From positions 11,160,001 through 11,224,000 of the forward strand of contig OZ024754.1 of NCBI GenBank assembly GCA_964016885.1: a stretch of 64,000 bases of DNA. The letters are read 5' to 3'. Shown here in pieces: positions 1-15,350 of this stretch. The DNA is from Eledone cirrhosa. Taxonomy: Eukaryota. How positions within the stretch are numbered: position 1 is the first letter of the stretch; every line of letters begins with the position of its first letter. Under the pieces are notes generated by a model. It had not been told where the DNA came from and made no database searches. It worked only from the letters and a program-made list of their open reading frames with translations. Both the position numbers and the translations under genes were made by a program.

Positions 1-321
1 GTGAAAAATGATTACTCAGTATATTATCTAACACAGAAAATGATAATATATACATCTGGTTGAAGTTCCTGTTAGGTTTCTGAAAACTAACAGCTATTCT
101 ATCAGAGATAATGTGGCAGATGTACCAACTCTGAAGCAGGAGTAGTATTTTAGTTTATAAAATATTTAGTTTTAGAATGTGTAGTTTTCTGATCGTGAAT
201 ATTTATTAGGTTGTTTACTCCAAAGCTTATTACAGAAGGATGCATCATACACAGCTTATGTTTATAATTAAAAAGAACCAAAACAAATTACATAAATAAA
301 TTTTTCAATATTATCATCAAC

Positions 322-440
322 TTTAAAAAAAGAAAGTAAAGAAAAAATTTTTAATAATATTTCAGATATTTTTATATAATTTAAAATTTTATAAAAATAT
401 CTGAAATATAATTTATGTTTTCTTTACTTTTTGTTTTTAA
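322..440. repeat. AT-rich imperfect palindrome with perfect 20-bp inner arms
   Basis: ATATTTCAGATATTTTTATA (357-376) is the reverse complement of 390-409; outer AAAGTAAAGAAAA / TTTTCTTTACTTT arms extend it. Confidence 0.75.
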
Positions 441-446
441 GATATA

Positions 447-641
447 ATCGCTGGACAGATTTTTACAGGCAAAACCAACTGGCAAAAGATGGGTGGATAA
501 CATCTATGAGCTTGGCTGGTCATGCTTGGGGATCCAGCCGGATCAGTTGAAGATGGTTGCTTCTGACAGGACCCACTGGAAGGACTGTTTGAGGACTGCC
601 TTCACGACCCTCTCAGGAATAAGTGGGCATAGAAGAAGATA
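447..641 (+). mobile_element. RTE-clade LINE 3' end with short (GAA) tail and 11-bp TSD
   Basis: Encodes RTE-like C-terminus (GKRW.DNI...LGIQPDQLKMVASDRTHW); ends AAGTGGGCATAGAAGAAGA; flanked by TTTAAGATATA at 436-446 and 642-652; homologous to 43356-43567 (-). Confidence 0.8.
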
Positions 642-737
642 TTTAAGATATAGTAATGATGTTTTAGGAAATTATGTGGTGTGTATCTCCTTATATACAA
701 TAAATCAAGAACTTTGAACATATGTTCAATATTTTAA

Positions 738-943
738 CCCTTTAAACAGCCATATCCAGCCAGAATTTTCTTGCCTCTTTCTGTTCAAACTGGCCATAAC
801 TGGTCACTCATACTGGTGTTAAGATATTGTTCTCAAAATAGATATTAAAATCTCATAGATTCTATATTATGTGGGATAATTGTGTGCAATAAAGCCTTTA
901 CCATAAAAATATATTAGTAAATAGTCGAGCCAATGCTAAAGGG
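738..943. mobile_element. piggyBac-like MITE
   Basis: TTAA|CCCTTTA ... AATGCTAAAGGG|TTAA; four related copies elsewhere in the window. Confidence 0.75.
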
Positions 944-994
944 TTAAACCACTACCCTTCTAAATCTAAAATTATTGCTTTCTAACTGATCCTA

Positions 995-1191
995 TGAGGG
1001 TCGACTGAAAAGTTCAAAGGCTGACTATAAAGCAGTGATGCTAGAACTGTGAAATCTAGCACACATTAATTTCAACTCTCCTCATTAATTACTGCATGGT
1101 TTCTTTCCAGGGACTATGGTGAAAAATAAACCTCATTTGGTCATTCCACGAGAGTATTTTGGTAACCCTATGAACTTTTCAGCCAACCTCG
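995..1191. mobile_element. Tc1/mariner-type MITE
   Basis: TA-flanked TIRs TGAGGGTCGACTGAAAAGTTCA ... TGAACTTTTCAGCCAACCTCG; related copies at 52272-52469 and (partial) ~30408-30478. Confidence 0.75.
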
Positions 1192-1629
1192 TACATACAA
1201 ATCTTAACATTTCTTACAAGAATATTAACCCTCAATATCCTGTAATGATTTAGCAGAAAATATCTAAAAACAAGTTTATTCAAATGTTTATAGTGTCACT
1301 ACTAGAGGACAGATCTGTGAAAATTTACACAAGTAGAATAAATACTTTAGTCATTTTTAATGTGATGCAGGCAGTGGTTTTATAATGTTAATATATGTCT
1401 TGCTAATATAATTTCATAGAGTACAGGGTGTTAAGAATTAATTCAGCAAAACTAAAAGAAACCGAGAATAGCAGGGAATAGGGAAGGAGGTGCTGGGAGA
1501 TGGATTAAGATTTTTTTCATTTAAGCCCTTAACTCCCCATGGAATTGTAGAGGTACAGTTATGATATATAGTGTATTTTAAGCACTTTAAACCTGGCAAA
1601 CACCATCCCTCTCCTTGTTCATATATATA

Positions 1630-1901
1630 TCATCATCATTTTACGTCCGCTTTTCCCTGCTAGCAAGGGTGGGACGGGAACTTATTCTGGCTTGATTTCT
1701 ACAGCTGGATGCCCTTCCTAACACCAACTTCATTTACAGTGCTGGGTGCTTTTTTGCCGTGGCACCTCCACGACCACTTTGCAGTGGAATGACCACTTTG
1801 CATCTCATTTCTACAGCTGAGTAAACTGGAGCAATGTGAAATAAAGTGTCTTGCTCAAGGAAACAACACATCACCCGGTCTGAGAATTGAACTCACAACC
1901 T
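1630..1901 (-). mobile_element. 5'-truncated tRNA/CORE-like SINE with RTE-derived 3' tail
   Basis: Reverse complement of most of the full copy at 5284-5624. Confidence 0.85.
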
Positions 1902-2019
1902 ATATATTGATAGTCTTTGGTACATCGACCAAAAGAGGTAACTAAAACGCCTGAGGTCACAGTCAATCCTCTACTTCTTTAAATATATATATATAAGAGA
2001 GAGAGAGAGGCAGAGGTGT

Positions 2020-2165
2020 GGGAAATCGTCCCCACTACTGAACTGATGTATTTATCAACCCTGAAGGATGATAGGCACAGCTGAACTCAGCGGGATTTTA
2101 ATACACAGTACGGAGAGCTGGAACAACTACCACAAGGTATTTATTCTGTTTGACATTCTAATGAC
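2020..2165 (-). mobile_element. Degenerate Nin-domain-like SINE
   Basis: TTTATCAACCCTGAAGGATGATAGGC...CTCAGCGGGATTT resembles the reverse complement of the SINE family at 58885-59068. Confidence 0.5.
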
Positions 2166-2269
2166 TTAATTCACTTTGATATAAATGTCACAATTACCAG
2201 TCACTCCATTATAATGTTACCTTTTAACTATGTAAGATATATTATCAGCTCTTAAGGTAATTCACTTTG

Positions 2270-3060
2270 ATATACAGTATACACTCCATACACTCCATAC
2301 ACTGCATACACTGCATACACTGCATACACTGCATACACTCCATACACTGTATATACACTCCATACACTGTATATACACTCCATACACTGCATATACTTCA
2401 TATACTGCATATACTTCATATACTGCATATACTTCATATACTGCATATACTTCATACTGCATATACTTCATACTGTATATACTTCATATATTGCATACAC
2501 TGCATATATTGCATACACTGCATATATTGCATACACTATATATACTGCATACACTATATATACTGCATACACTGTATATACTCTATACTTCATATACTGC
2601 ATACACTGTATATACTTCATATACTGCATACAGTGCATACACTGTATATACTTCATATACTGCATACAGTGCAACAGTGCATATATTGCATACACTTTAT
2701 ATACTCCATATACTGTATATATATATTGCATATACTCCATATACTGTATATATATATTGTATATACTCCATATACTGTATATATATATATTGCATATACT
2801 CCATATACTGTATATATATATTGCATATACTCCATATACTGTATATATATATATTGCATATACTCCATATACTGTATATATATATTGCATATACTCCATA
2901 TACTGTATATATATATATTGCATATACTCCATATACTGTATATATATATTGCATATACTCCATATACTGTATATATATATTGCATATACTCCATATACTG
3001 TATATATATATTGCATATACTCCATATACTGTATATATATTGCATATACTCCATACACTA
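2270..3060. repeat. Minisatellite, 9-bp TACACTGCA unit elaborating into 18-bp and ~31-33-bp units
   Basis: Tandem periodicity visible directly; accounts for all ORFs at 2252-3085. Confidence 0.9.
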
Positions 3061-3061
3061 T

Positions 3062-3460
3062 AGGACAGCATTCTTCACTGTATGAGATGTCATCTGGTGT
3101 ACCACAGGGATCTGTTCTTGGTCCCCTTTTGTTTGTTGCATATATTAATGACATAGATGCCATAGATGTTTCATGCTCACACCACCAAAATGATGGCAAT
3201 GTGCAAAGAGGCGGGTTAGATTCTGGGGACATTCTGAGACTCGGAAACCATATTCATCCTCTCTGGAGGACTTTTTCGTCCTCAGCTGACTGGACTGTTG
3301 CTCTCAGCTCTGGTCGCCCCCAAAGTGTCAAACTAACTGCAGAACTTGAAGTAATCCAGCAAAGCTACACCAAGAGGATTCCCTCAATGAAAGAGGGGAG
3401 CTATTGGGAAAGGCTGATGAAAGCTTTACTCCCTGGAGCGGAGACAGGAGAGAGGGACAT
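3062..3460 (+). pseudogene. CR1/L2-group LINE reverse transcriptase relic, 5' part
   Basis: SSGVPQGSVLGPLLFVAYINDI RT motif; later ELEVIQQSYTKRIPSMK..SYWERL; split by an RTE insertion. Confidence 0.8.
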
Positions 3461-4750
3461 GATCATCATCATCATTTTACGTCCGTTCTTCCATGCTAGC
3501 ATGGGTTAGATGGGTTGTCCTGTTGTGGGCAGTGTCTGGTCGGCTGACCATGCCTTGCTCATACAGGAACTGATTTGGCTTGATTTCTACAGCTGAATGC
3601 CCTTCCTAACACCAACCTCATTTACAGTGAGTGCTGGGTGCTTTTTCGTGGCGCCTACACGTCCACTTTACAGTGTGGGCTGGGTGCTTTTTTGCCGTGG
3701 CACCTCCACGACCACCTTGCAGTGGGAGGGTGTGGGGGCATATTGTCTATATGCTTCAGCTTGTACCCATGGGAGGTCGGGTACTCTGTATTACTGCGCG
3801 ACGCCAGAGGTCACGGTCGTGTGTCATCGCCTTTGAGAGGTGTAATTGGGTAAGGTTGGCTTTTATAACCTCATCCCAGGTCATCTTGGGTCTCCCCACT
3901 CCGGTTTCCATCGACTTCTAGTGCTCTGCACCTTTTTATGCAGCTGTCATCCTTCATACGCATCACATGTCCATACCAACACAACCTCCTCTCCTGCACA
4001 CAGCATTTGATTCCTCTTATGCTTAGTCTCTCTCTCTCAATTCATTTATGCTTTGTCGTTCGCGTATATTACTATTTCACATCCATCGGAGCATGCAAGC
4101 TTCGTTTCTCTCTAATCTACGTAAGTCTTCCACCTTCAGCGCCCAAGTCTCACTACCATGTAACATTGCAGTTCGGATACACGCATCATACAGTCTGCCT
4201 TTCATTTTGAGGGAGAAGCCTTTTGCAGCTAGCAGTGGCAGTAGTTCCCTAAACTTCTTCCATCCCGTTCTTACCCTACTTATTGTACTTTCTGAACACC
4301 CACCTCCGCTGCTAATTCGGTCACCTAGGTAGCAGGAGCTGTCTACTGTTTCTACAAAGCCCTCCCAGAGATTGGTGGTACTTGTTTCCTGCTTGCTGTC
4401 TCAGCACAGCTGCTGCATGTGAAGCCTACATTCTTAGTTAAGCTTCCCGAGATCCCGCTACATCTCTTGTGTACCCATTGTTTGCATTTGGGGCAGAGAA
4501 TGGAGTTCCTACCTACACCTTTCCTACATACTGAGCAAGGCCATTTCCCTGAGGGGATCTGGGTTCTGTTTTCTCGTCTAATTACAAGGACCTTAGTCTT
4601 TGTCATGTTGACTTTGAGACCCTTTCTTTCTAGTCCCTGCTTCCAAGTTTGGAATTTCTTCTCTAGTGCTACCATAGATTCATCTATAAGTGCGAGGTCA
4701 TCAGCATACAGGAGTTCCCATGGGCATCCGGTCTTAAACTCCTCCGGACA
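3461..4750 (-). mobile_element. 5'-truncated RTE-clade LINE (RT C-terminal half with PHD-like Cys/His finger, 3'UTR, (GAT)n tail)
   Basis: Minus strand reads PWELLYADDLALI, then GLKVNMTKTKVL, CSVC...CPKCKQWVHKRC...CSSC (ORF 4352-4675), VDSSCYLGD; 3'UTR ends GGACGTAAAATGATGATGATGATC. Confidence 0.88.
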
Positions 4751-4751
4751 G

Positions 4752-5090
4752 TGATATACATATGGAAGATCCTGGAAGGGTTAGCAGCAAACTTCAGCAA
4801 AGGTAGGACCAGCCCACGAACAGGACGTCACTGTGTAGTGCCAAAGGTTCCATCAGTTACATCGAGAATAAAGAGCACATACTGCAATAGCCTGGGGTTC
4901 AAGGAACCCCATCTTTTAAGCTGCCAGAAAATCTGAGAGATCTACATGGTGTACATGTAGATGCTTTCAAGAGACATCTCAACATTCTACTGACCAAGAT
5001 CCCAGATGGACCTGCAGCACAAGGTGAAGCACAAACAAGGGCAGTAGCAACAAACTCCCTTTTGCATCAATGGCTAACCAGAGAAGGCTG
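4752..5090 (+). pseudogene. CR1/L2-group LINE relic, 3' part (continuation of 3062-3460)
   Basis: IYIWKILEGL...GRHCVVPKVP...YCNSLGFK continues the reading interrupted at ~3460. Confidence 0.7.
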
Positions 5091-5283
5091 GCTATAGAAA
5101 GTGTGGCATCAGTAGTGGTACTCCAGCATGACCTTATAGATATATATTGAGAAGCACAAAAAAAAAAAAAAAAAAAAAAAATCAAGCATATTCAATGTTT
5201 TAATACCTTAAATTTGTATTTATAATATATATACATATATACAATCATCATCATCATCACAATATATATATATTATATATATA

Positions 5284-5624
5284 TGGAGCTACATGGCTTA
5301 GTGGTTAGAGCATTGGTCTTGCAATCGAAAGGGTGTCAGTTCAATTCTCAGACAGGGTGATGTGTTGTTTCCTTGAGCAAGACACTTTATTTCACATTGC
5401 TCCAGTTTACTCAGCTGTAGAAATGAGATAGGGACTGGTGTCCATATCATTCCACTGCAAAGTGGTCGTGGAGGTGCCACAGCAAAAAAGCACCCAGCAC
5501 TCACTGTAAATGAGGTTGGTGTTAGGAAGGGCATCCAGCTGTAGAAATCAAGCCAGAATCAGTTCCCGTCCCACCCTTGCAAGCAGGGAAAAGCGGACGT
5601 AAAATGAAATGATGATGATGATGA
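5284..5624 (+). mobile_element. Full-length tRNA-derived SINE (A/B boxes, CORE-like body, RTE-derived 3' tail)
   Basis: A-box TGGCTTAGTGG, B-box GTTCAATTC, CCTTGAGCAAGACACTT core, 3' TGTTAGGAAGGGCATCCAGCTG...GGACGTAAAATG(ATG)n shared with the RTE 3'UTR. Confidence 0.88.
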
Positions 5625-5766
5625 TATATTTATATATATATATATATATATATTTGGGGAGGGTCATATTGTTATAATATTGCCAAAAATAATAAAACAT
5701 TTTTTGGTTTGGATTGGTTTTCGCTTCTGCATATTTGATATCCCTATAGTTAACTTAGCTGGCGTC

Positions 5767-6381
5767 ACATACACATATATATTTGCAACATACACATATA
5801 TATTTGCAACATACACATATATATTTGCAACATACACATATATATTTGCAACATACACATATATATTTGCAACAGACACATATATATTTGCAACAGACAC
5901 ATATATATTTGCAACAGACACATATATATTTGCAACAGACACATATATATTTGCAACAGACATATATATTTGCAACAGACACATATATATTTGCAATAGA
6001 CACATATATATTTGCAATAGACACATATATATTTGCAATAGACACATATATATTTGCAATAGACACATATATATTTGCAATAGACACATATATATTTGCA
6101 ATAGACACATATATATTTGCAATAGACACATATATATTTGCAATAGACACATATATATTTGCAATAGACACATATATATTTGCAATAGACACATATATAT
6201 TTGCAATAGACACATATATATTTGCAATAGACACATATATATTTGCAATAGACACATATATATTTGCAATAGACACATATATATTTGCAATAGACACATA
6301 TATATTTGCAATAGACACATATATATTTGCAATAGACACATATATATTTGCAATAGACACATATATATTTGCAATATACAC
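5767..6381. repeat. 21-bp minisatellite (GACACATATATATTTGCAATA)
   Basis: About 29 tandem units; 7-aa periodic ORFs. Confidence 0.95.
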
Positions 6382-6671
6382 ATATATATATTAGTAATGT
6401 ACATATATATTAGTAATTTTTGCCTCAATAGTAACCTATAGAAGAGCCTAGGCAAACAAAAATTAAAGTAATTTGCAAAACTAAACGCTTTTATACCAAA
6501 CCAAATTGACTTTTTTTTCCTTAATTTAAAGACGTAAACTTAATTTTAAAAATATATTAATGTATGTATCATTTGTTGCATGATATACGAGAGGCATATC
6601 AAAAGTATAGCGTATACGAATGGGGTGATTTCCTGGGACCTGAGAAAGTGTTTTTATATATATATATAGAT

Positions 6672-6786
6672 ATAGGGAAAGAGTCAGGACCCCGACGGCT
6701 GAGCTCCGGCCGTTTCGACAGCTAGTTCAGAACTGGCTGTCAAAACAGCCGCAGCTCTGCCGTTGGGGTCCTGACTCTTTTCCTAT
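6672..6786. repeat. GC-rich long hairpin / fold-back element
   Basis: ~57-bp arms (TAGGGAAAGAGTCAGGACCCC...GACAGCTAGTTC-A-GAACTGGCTGTC...GGGGTCCTGACTCTTTTCCTA) with about 7 non-Watson-Crick positions. Confidence 0.9.
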
Positions 6787-7895
6787 TACCCACTCTACTA
6801 CCCATAGTATCGAGGACTGTGGTACGTTATGGTCCACCGGGTTCCTTACCACACTTCCTTCGTTTAGATAGATAGATATTAAAGACTAGCACTCACAGGA
6901 CAGGGAGAGGGGAGGGGACGAGAGAAAAAAATTGTACCCACAGAGAAAATCTGTTCGTTGTAACAAAATATACAAATTAACTAAACTTGTATTTGAGAAA
7001 ATTATGAAACGAAAATAATTTAAAAAATAGTTATTAATCAGCACACTTTACATATTAGAGTTATTGCTGTATTCTGAGTGGGATGGGATCTTAAAAGATT
7101 ATAAAAGACCCAGTTTTATGAAACCCAAGAACAGAGGCGTTTTGTTAATTCTATAACACACCCAAATCAAAATTCCATGTATGCTAGAAACTATTTGAAA
7201 AATGTTTTTCTTTTCTTTTGAAAGTGACGGAAGTTTAGCTTTATGAAACAACGATAAATCTAATGTCAAGTTGAATTAAAGAATTTACCAGCTATACATA
7301 GATATAATTTGTTGTCGAAGCGGCAAAGGCTCAGCAGTCTGGCCCTAACACTTTACTAAACATACATATTTACACACACAAATACATACAAATATACACA
7401 TACATATATATATATACACATATATATATATATACATATATACACAGAAACACATATATATATACATATATGCACACATATATACATATACATATATGCA
7501 CACATATATACACATAAATATACACATATATACACATATATATACACACATATATATACACACATATATATACACATATATACACACATATATACACATA
7601 TATACATACACATATACACATATATATACACACATATACATACACACATATACACACACATATACACACACATATACACACACATATATACATACATATA
7701 TATATACATACATATATATATACACATATATATACACATATATATACACACATATATACACATATATATACACACATATATACACATATATATACATACA
7801 TATACATACATATATATACATACACATATATATACATACACATATATATACATACACATATATATACATACATACATATACATACATACATATAC

Positions 7896-7940
<45 letters not shown>

Positions 7941-10015
7941 CACATATATACATACATATATATACACATATATATACACATATATATACACATATATATA
8001 CATACATATATATACACATATATACACACATATATACACATATATATACACACATATATACATATACACACATATACACACATATATATACACACACATA
8101 TATATATACACACACATATATATATACACACACATATATATATACACACACATATATATATACACACACATATATATATACACACACATATATATACACA
8201 CACATATATATATACACACACATATATATATACACACACATATATATATACACACACATATATATATACACACATATATATACACACACATATATATACA
8301 CACACATATATATATACACACACATATATATATACACACATATATATATACACACACATATATATATACACACACATATATATATACACACACATATATA
8401 TATACACACACATATATATATACACACACATATATATATACACACATATATATATATACACACATATATATATATATACACACATATATATATATATACA
8501 CACATATATATATATATACACACATATATATATATACACACATATATATATATACACACATATATATATACACACACATATATATATATACACACATATA
8601 TATATATACACACATATATATATATACACACATATATATATATACACACATATATATATATACACATATATATATATATATACATACACATATATATATA
8701 TATACATACACATATATATATATATATACACATATATATATACACATATATATATATACACATATATATATATATACACACATATATATATATATACACA
8801 TATATATATATATATACACATATATATATATACACACATATATATATATACACACATATATATATATACACACATATATATATATACACACATATATATA
8901 TATACACACATATATATATATACACACATATATATATATACACACATATATATATATACACACATATATATATATATATACACACACATATATATATATA
9001 CACATATATATATATATACACATATATATATATATATACACACATATATATATATATACACACATATATATATATATATATACACACATATATATATATA
9101 TACACACATATATATATATATATACACACATATATATATATACACATATATATATACACACACATATATATATATACACACATATATATATATATATACA
9201 CACATATATATATATATATACACACATATATATATATACACATATATATATATATACACATATATATATATATACACATATATATATATATACACATATA
9301 TATATATATACACATATATATATATATACACATATATATATATATACACATATATATATATATACACATATATATATATATATACACATATATATATATA
9401 TATACACATATATATATATATATACACATATATATATATATATACACATATATATATATATATACACATATATATATATATATACACATATATATAAATA
9501 TACACATATATATATATATATACACATATATATATATATATACACATATATATATATATATACACATATATATATATATATACACATATATATATATATA
9601 TACACATATATATAAATATACACATATATATATATACACATATATATATATATACACACATATATATATATATACACATATATATATATACACATATATA
9701 TATATACACATATATATATATACACATATATATATATACACATATATATATATACACATATATATATATATACACATATATATATATATACACATATATA
9801 TATATATACACATATATATATATATATACACATATATATATATATATATACACATATATATATATATATACACATATATATATATATATACACACATATA
9901 TATATATATACACATATATATATATATATACACATATATATATATATATACACATATATATATATATACACATATATATATATATACACACATATATATA
10001 TATATATACACATAT

Positions 10016-10474
10016 GGTGGCTGCCAACTCGTTTTCGAGTACGGCCACTACTTTATATCCATGTAGGAGAACCCCTACTGATGCGCTGAACGAGTGCGAC
10101 TTTTTAGTCCAGCCAGCGACTTGAAAGCTCTGGTACAAACACTACACTTGTGACAATCATTGACACATAGTGCTGGGCCCATGGTACCATGTGACGACAA
10201 ATGCAGAGAGATCTCCAGATATAAAGCAATGCCTGTGCCGTGAAGCTTTTATAGTGAGCAAAGGCACTGCACAAAGCCAGTCCCACTCTCTTAACCAAGA
10301 TGATATTTACCAAAAAGAAGAACAAGTCAACATCATTGGATACCATCAGGGTTGCAGGTGTTATATCAGAGTTTTCCTTCTCCTAGAATTCTGCCTTGAC
10401 AAAGGCTAAGGGGTCATCTCTCCCGGTGATTTTGGATGGCCATTGACTCTCAAGAGCTCCTTTGCCTTTTGACA
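10016..10474 (-). mobile_element. Bipartite non-autonomous RTE-like element, copy 1 (shortest)
   Basis: Same 3' end (CTCGAAAACGAGTTGGCAGCCACC + (AT)n) as copies 2 and 3; carries CTAGGAGAAGGAAAACTCTG and the C2H2 relic. Confidence 0.8.
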
Positions 10475-11723
10475 TACATATATACACATATACATACATA
10501 CATATATACACATATACATATACACACATACATACATACACATACATACATACATATACACACATACACATATATACATATACATACACATATATACATA
10601 TACATACATACACATACATATACATATATATACACACACACACACATACATACATATACATATACATACATACATATATATACATACATACATACATACA
10701 TACATATACATATACATACATACACATATACACACACATACATACATATATATACATATACATACATATATATACATATACATACATATATATATATATA
10801 TACATACATACATACATACATATACATACATACATACACATACATACATACATACATATACATACATATACACATACACATACATATATACATACACACA
10901 CATACATACACACATATACATATACATAAATATATATATACACATACATATACACACACATATATATACATATACATACACATATACATACATATACATA
11001 AATATATATATATATATACACATACATACATATATATATATACACATATACATAAATATATACATATACATACACACACACATACATATATATATACATA
11101 TACATACACACATATATACATACATATACATAAACATATATATATACACATACACACACATACATATATATATATACACACATACATACACACATATATA
11201 CACATATACATACACATACATATATACACACACATACATATATACATATATATATACATACATATATATACATATACACACATATACACATACACACACA
11301 TACATATACATACACATATATATACATACATATACATACATATATATATATATATACACACATACACACATACACACACACACACATATACATATACATA
11401 TACATACATACATATATATACATACACACACACATATATATATACATATACATACACACATACATATACATATACATACACATATATATATACATACACA
11501 TACATACACATATATACATACACATATATATATACATATACATACATATATATATATACACATACACACACACATATATATACACACACATACATATACA
11601 TACACACACATATACATACACATACGCACATATATATATACACATATACATACATACACATATACATACATACACATATATACATACATACATACATACA
11701 CATATACATACATACATACATAT

Positions 11724-12265
11724 GGTGGCTGCCAACTCGTTTTCGAGTACGGCCACTACTTTATAACCATGTAGGAGAACCCCTACCGATACGCTGAACG
11801 AGTGTGACTTTTTAGTCCAGCCAGCAACTTGAAAACTCCGGTACAAACACTACACCTGTGACAACTATTGACACATAGTGCTGGGCCCATGGTACCATGT
11901 AATGACAAGTGCAGAGAGATCTCCAGATACAAAGCAATGCCTGTGCCGTGAAGCTTTTATAGTGAGCAAAGGCACTGCACAAAGCCAGTCCCACTCTCTT
12001 AACCAAGATGATATTTACCAAAAAGAAGAACAAGTCAACATCATTGGATACCATCAGGGTTGCAGGTGTTATATCAGAGTTTTCCTTCTCCTAGAATTCT
12101 GCCTTGACAAAGGCTAAGGGGTCATCTCTCCCGGTGATTTTGGATGGCCATTGACTCTTAAGAGCTCCTTTGCCCTTTGACAGGTTTTGTTTTTAGTCCT
12201 GCAGGATGTCCAAAGTCACCCTCCTCACCAAGAAACCTTAGTGGGGTTGCCAGTTTAGTCGCCAA
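11724..12265 (-). mobile_element. Bipartite non-autonomous RTE-like element, copy 2
   Basis: Homologous to copy 1 with scattered substitutions; extends ~83 bp further 5' to TTGGCGACTAAACTGG. Confidence 0.8.
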
Positions 12266-12416
12266 TATATACATATATATATATATATACACATATATAT
12301 ATATATATATACACATATATATATATATATATACACATATATATATATATATATACACATATATATATATATATATACACATATATATATATATATATAC
12401 ACATATATATATATAT

Positions 12417-12457
<41 letters not shown>

Positions 12458-13502
12458 TATATATACACATATATATATATACACATATATATATATACAC
12501 ATATATATATATACACATATATATATATATACACATATATATATATATACACATATATATATATATACACATATATATATATATATACACATATATATAT
12601 ATATACAGATATATATATATACAGATATATATATATATACACATATATATATATATACACATATATATATATATACACATATATATATATATACACATAT
12701 ATATATATATACACATATATATATATATACACATATATATACACATATATATATATATACACATATATATATATATACACATATATATATATATACACAT
12801 ATATATATATATACACATATATATATATATACACATATATATATATACACATATATATATATACACATATATGTATATATACACATATATATATATATAC
12901 ACATATATATATATATACACATATATATATATATACACATATATATATATATATACACATATATATATATATACACATATATATATATATATATACACAT
13001 ATATATATATATATACACATATATATATATATATACACATATATATATATACACATATATATATATATACACATATATATATATATACACATATATATAT
13101 ATACACATATATATATATACACATATATATATATACACACATATATATATATACACATATATATATATACACATATATATATATACACACATATATATAT
13201 ACACATATATATATATACACACATATATATATATACACACATATATATACACACACATATATATATATACACATACATATATATATATACACATATATAT
13301 ATATATATACACATATATATATATATACACATATATATATATATACACATATATATATATATATATACACATATATATATATATATATACACATATATAT
13401 ATATATATATACACATATATATATATATATATACACATATATATATATATATATACACATATATATATATATATATACACATATATATATATATATATAC
13501 AC

Positions 13503-13535
<33 letters not shown>

Positions 13536-13722
13536 TATATATATATATACACACATATATATATATATATACACATATATATATATATATACACATATAT
13601 ATATATATATATACACATATATATATATATATATACACATATATATATATATATATACACATATATATATATATATATACACATATATATATATATATAC
13701 ACATATATATATATATATACAC

Positions 13723-13766
<44 letters not shown>

Positions 13767-15350
13767 ATATATATATATATATACACATATATATATACAC
13801 ATATATATATATATATATATACACATATATATATACATATATATATACACATATATATATACACATATATATATATATATATACACACATATATATATAT
13901 ATATACACACATATATATATACACACATATATATAGACACATATATATAGACACATATATATAGACACATATATATAGACACATATATATAGACACATAT
14001 ATATAGACACATATATATATAGACACATATATATATAGACACATATATATATAGACACATATATATATAGACACATATATATATACACATATATATATAC
14101 ACATATATATATATACACATATATATATATACACATATATATATATACACATATATATATATACATATACACATATACATATATATATATACACATATAT
14201 ATATACATATATATATATACATATACACATATATATATACACATATATATACACATATATATATATACACATATTTATATATACACATATATATATATAT
14301 ACACATATTTATATATACACATATATATATATACACATATATATATATACACATATATATACACATATTTATATACACATATATATATACACATATATAT
14401 ATATACACACATATATACACACATATATATATACACATATATATATATACACACATATATATATATACACACATATATATATATACACATATATATATAT
14501 ATATATACACATATATATACACATATATATATATATACACATATATATATATATATACACATATATATATATACACACATATATATATACACACATATAT
14601 ATATACACACATATATATATATACACACATATATATATACACACATATATATATACACACATATATATATATACACACATATATATATATACACACATAT
14701 ATATATACACATATATATACACATATATATATACACACATATATATATATACACACACATATATATACACACATATATATACACACATATATATATATAC
14801 ACACATATATATACACACATATATATATACACACACATATATATATACACACACATATATATATACACACACATATATATATACACACACATATATATAT
14901 ACACACACATATATATATACACACACATATATATATACACACACATATATACACACATATATATACACACACATATATATACACACACATATATATACAC
15001 ACACATATATATATACACACACATATATATACACACACATATATATATACACACACATATATATATACACACACATATATATATACACACATATATATAT
15101 ATACACACATATATATATACACACATATATATATACACACATATATATATATACACACATATACATATATATATATACATATACACATATATATATATAC
15201 ACATATTTATATATACACATATATATATATACACATATATATATATACACATATATATATATACACATATATATATATACACATATATATATATACACAT
15301 ATATATATATACACATATATATACACATATATATATATACACATATATAT

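Noticed and set aside
1-65. Degenerate C2H2 zinc-finger coding remnant
   Set aside because: Needs stops and frameshifts, lacks the His residues and is cut by the window edge.
5284-5360. tRNA gene
   Set aside because: A/B boxes belong to a SINE head that continues into core and LINE-tail modules; no convincing cloverleaf.
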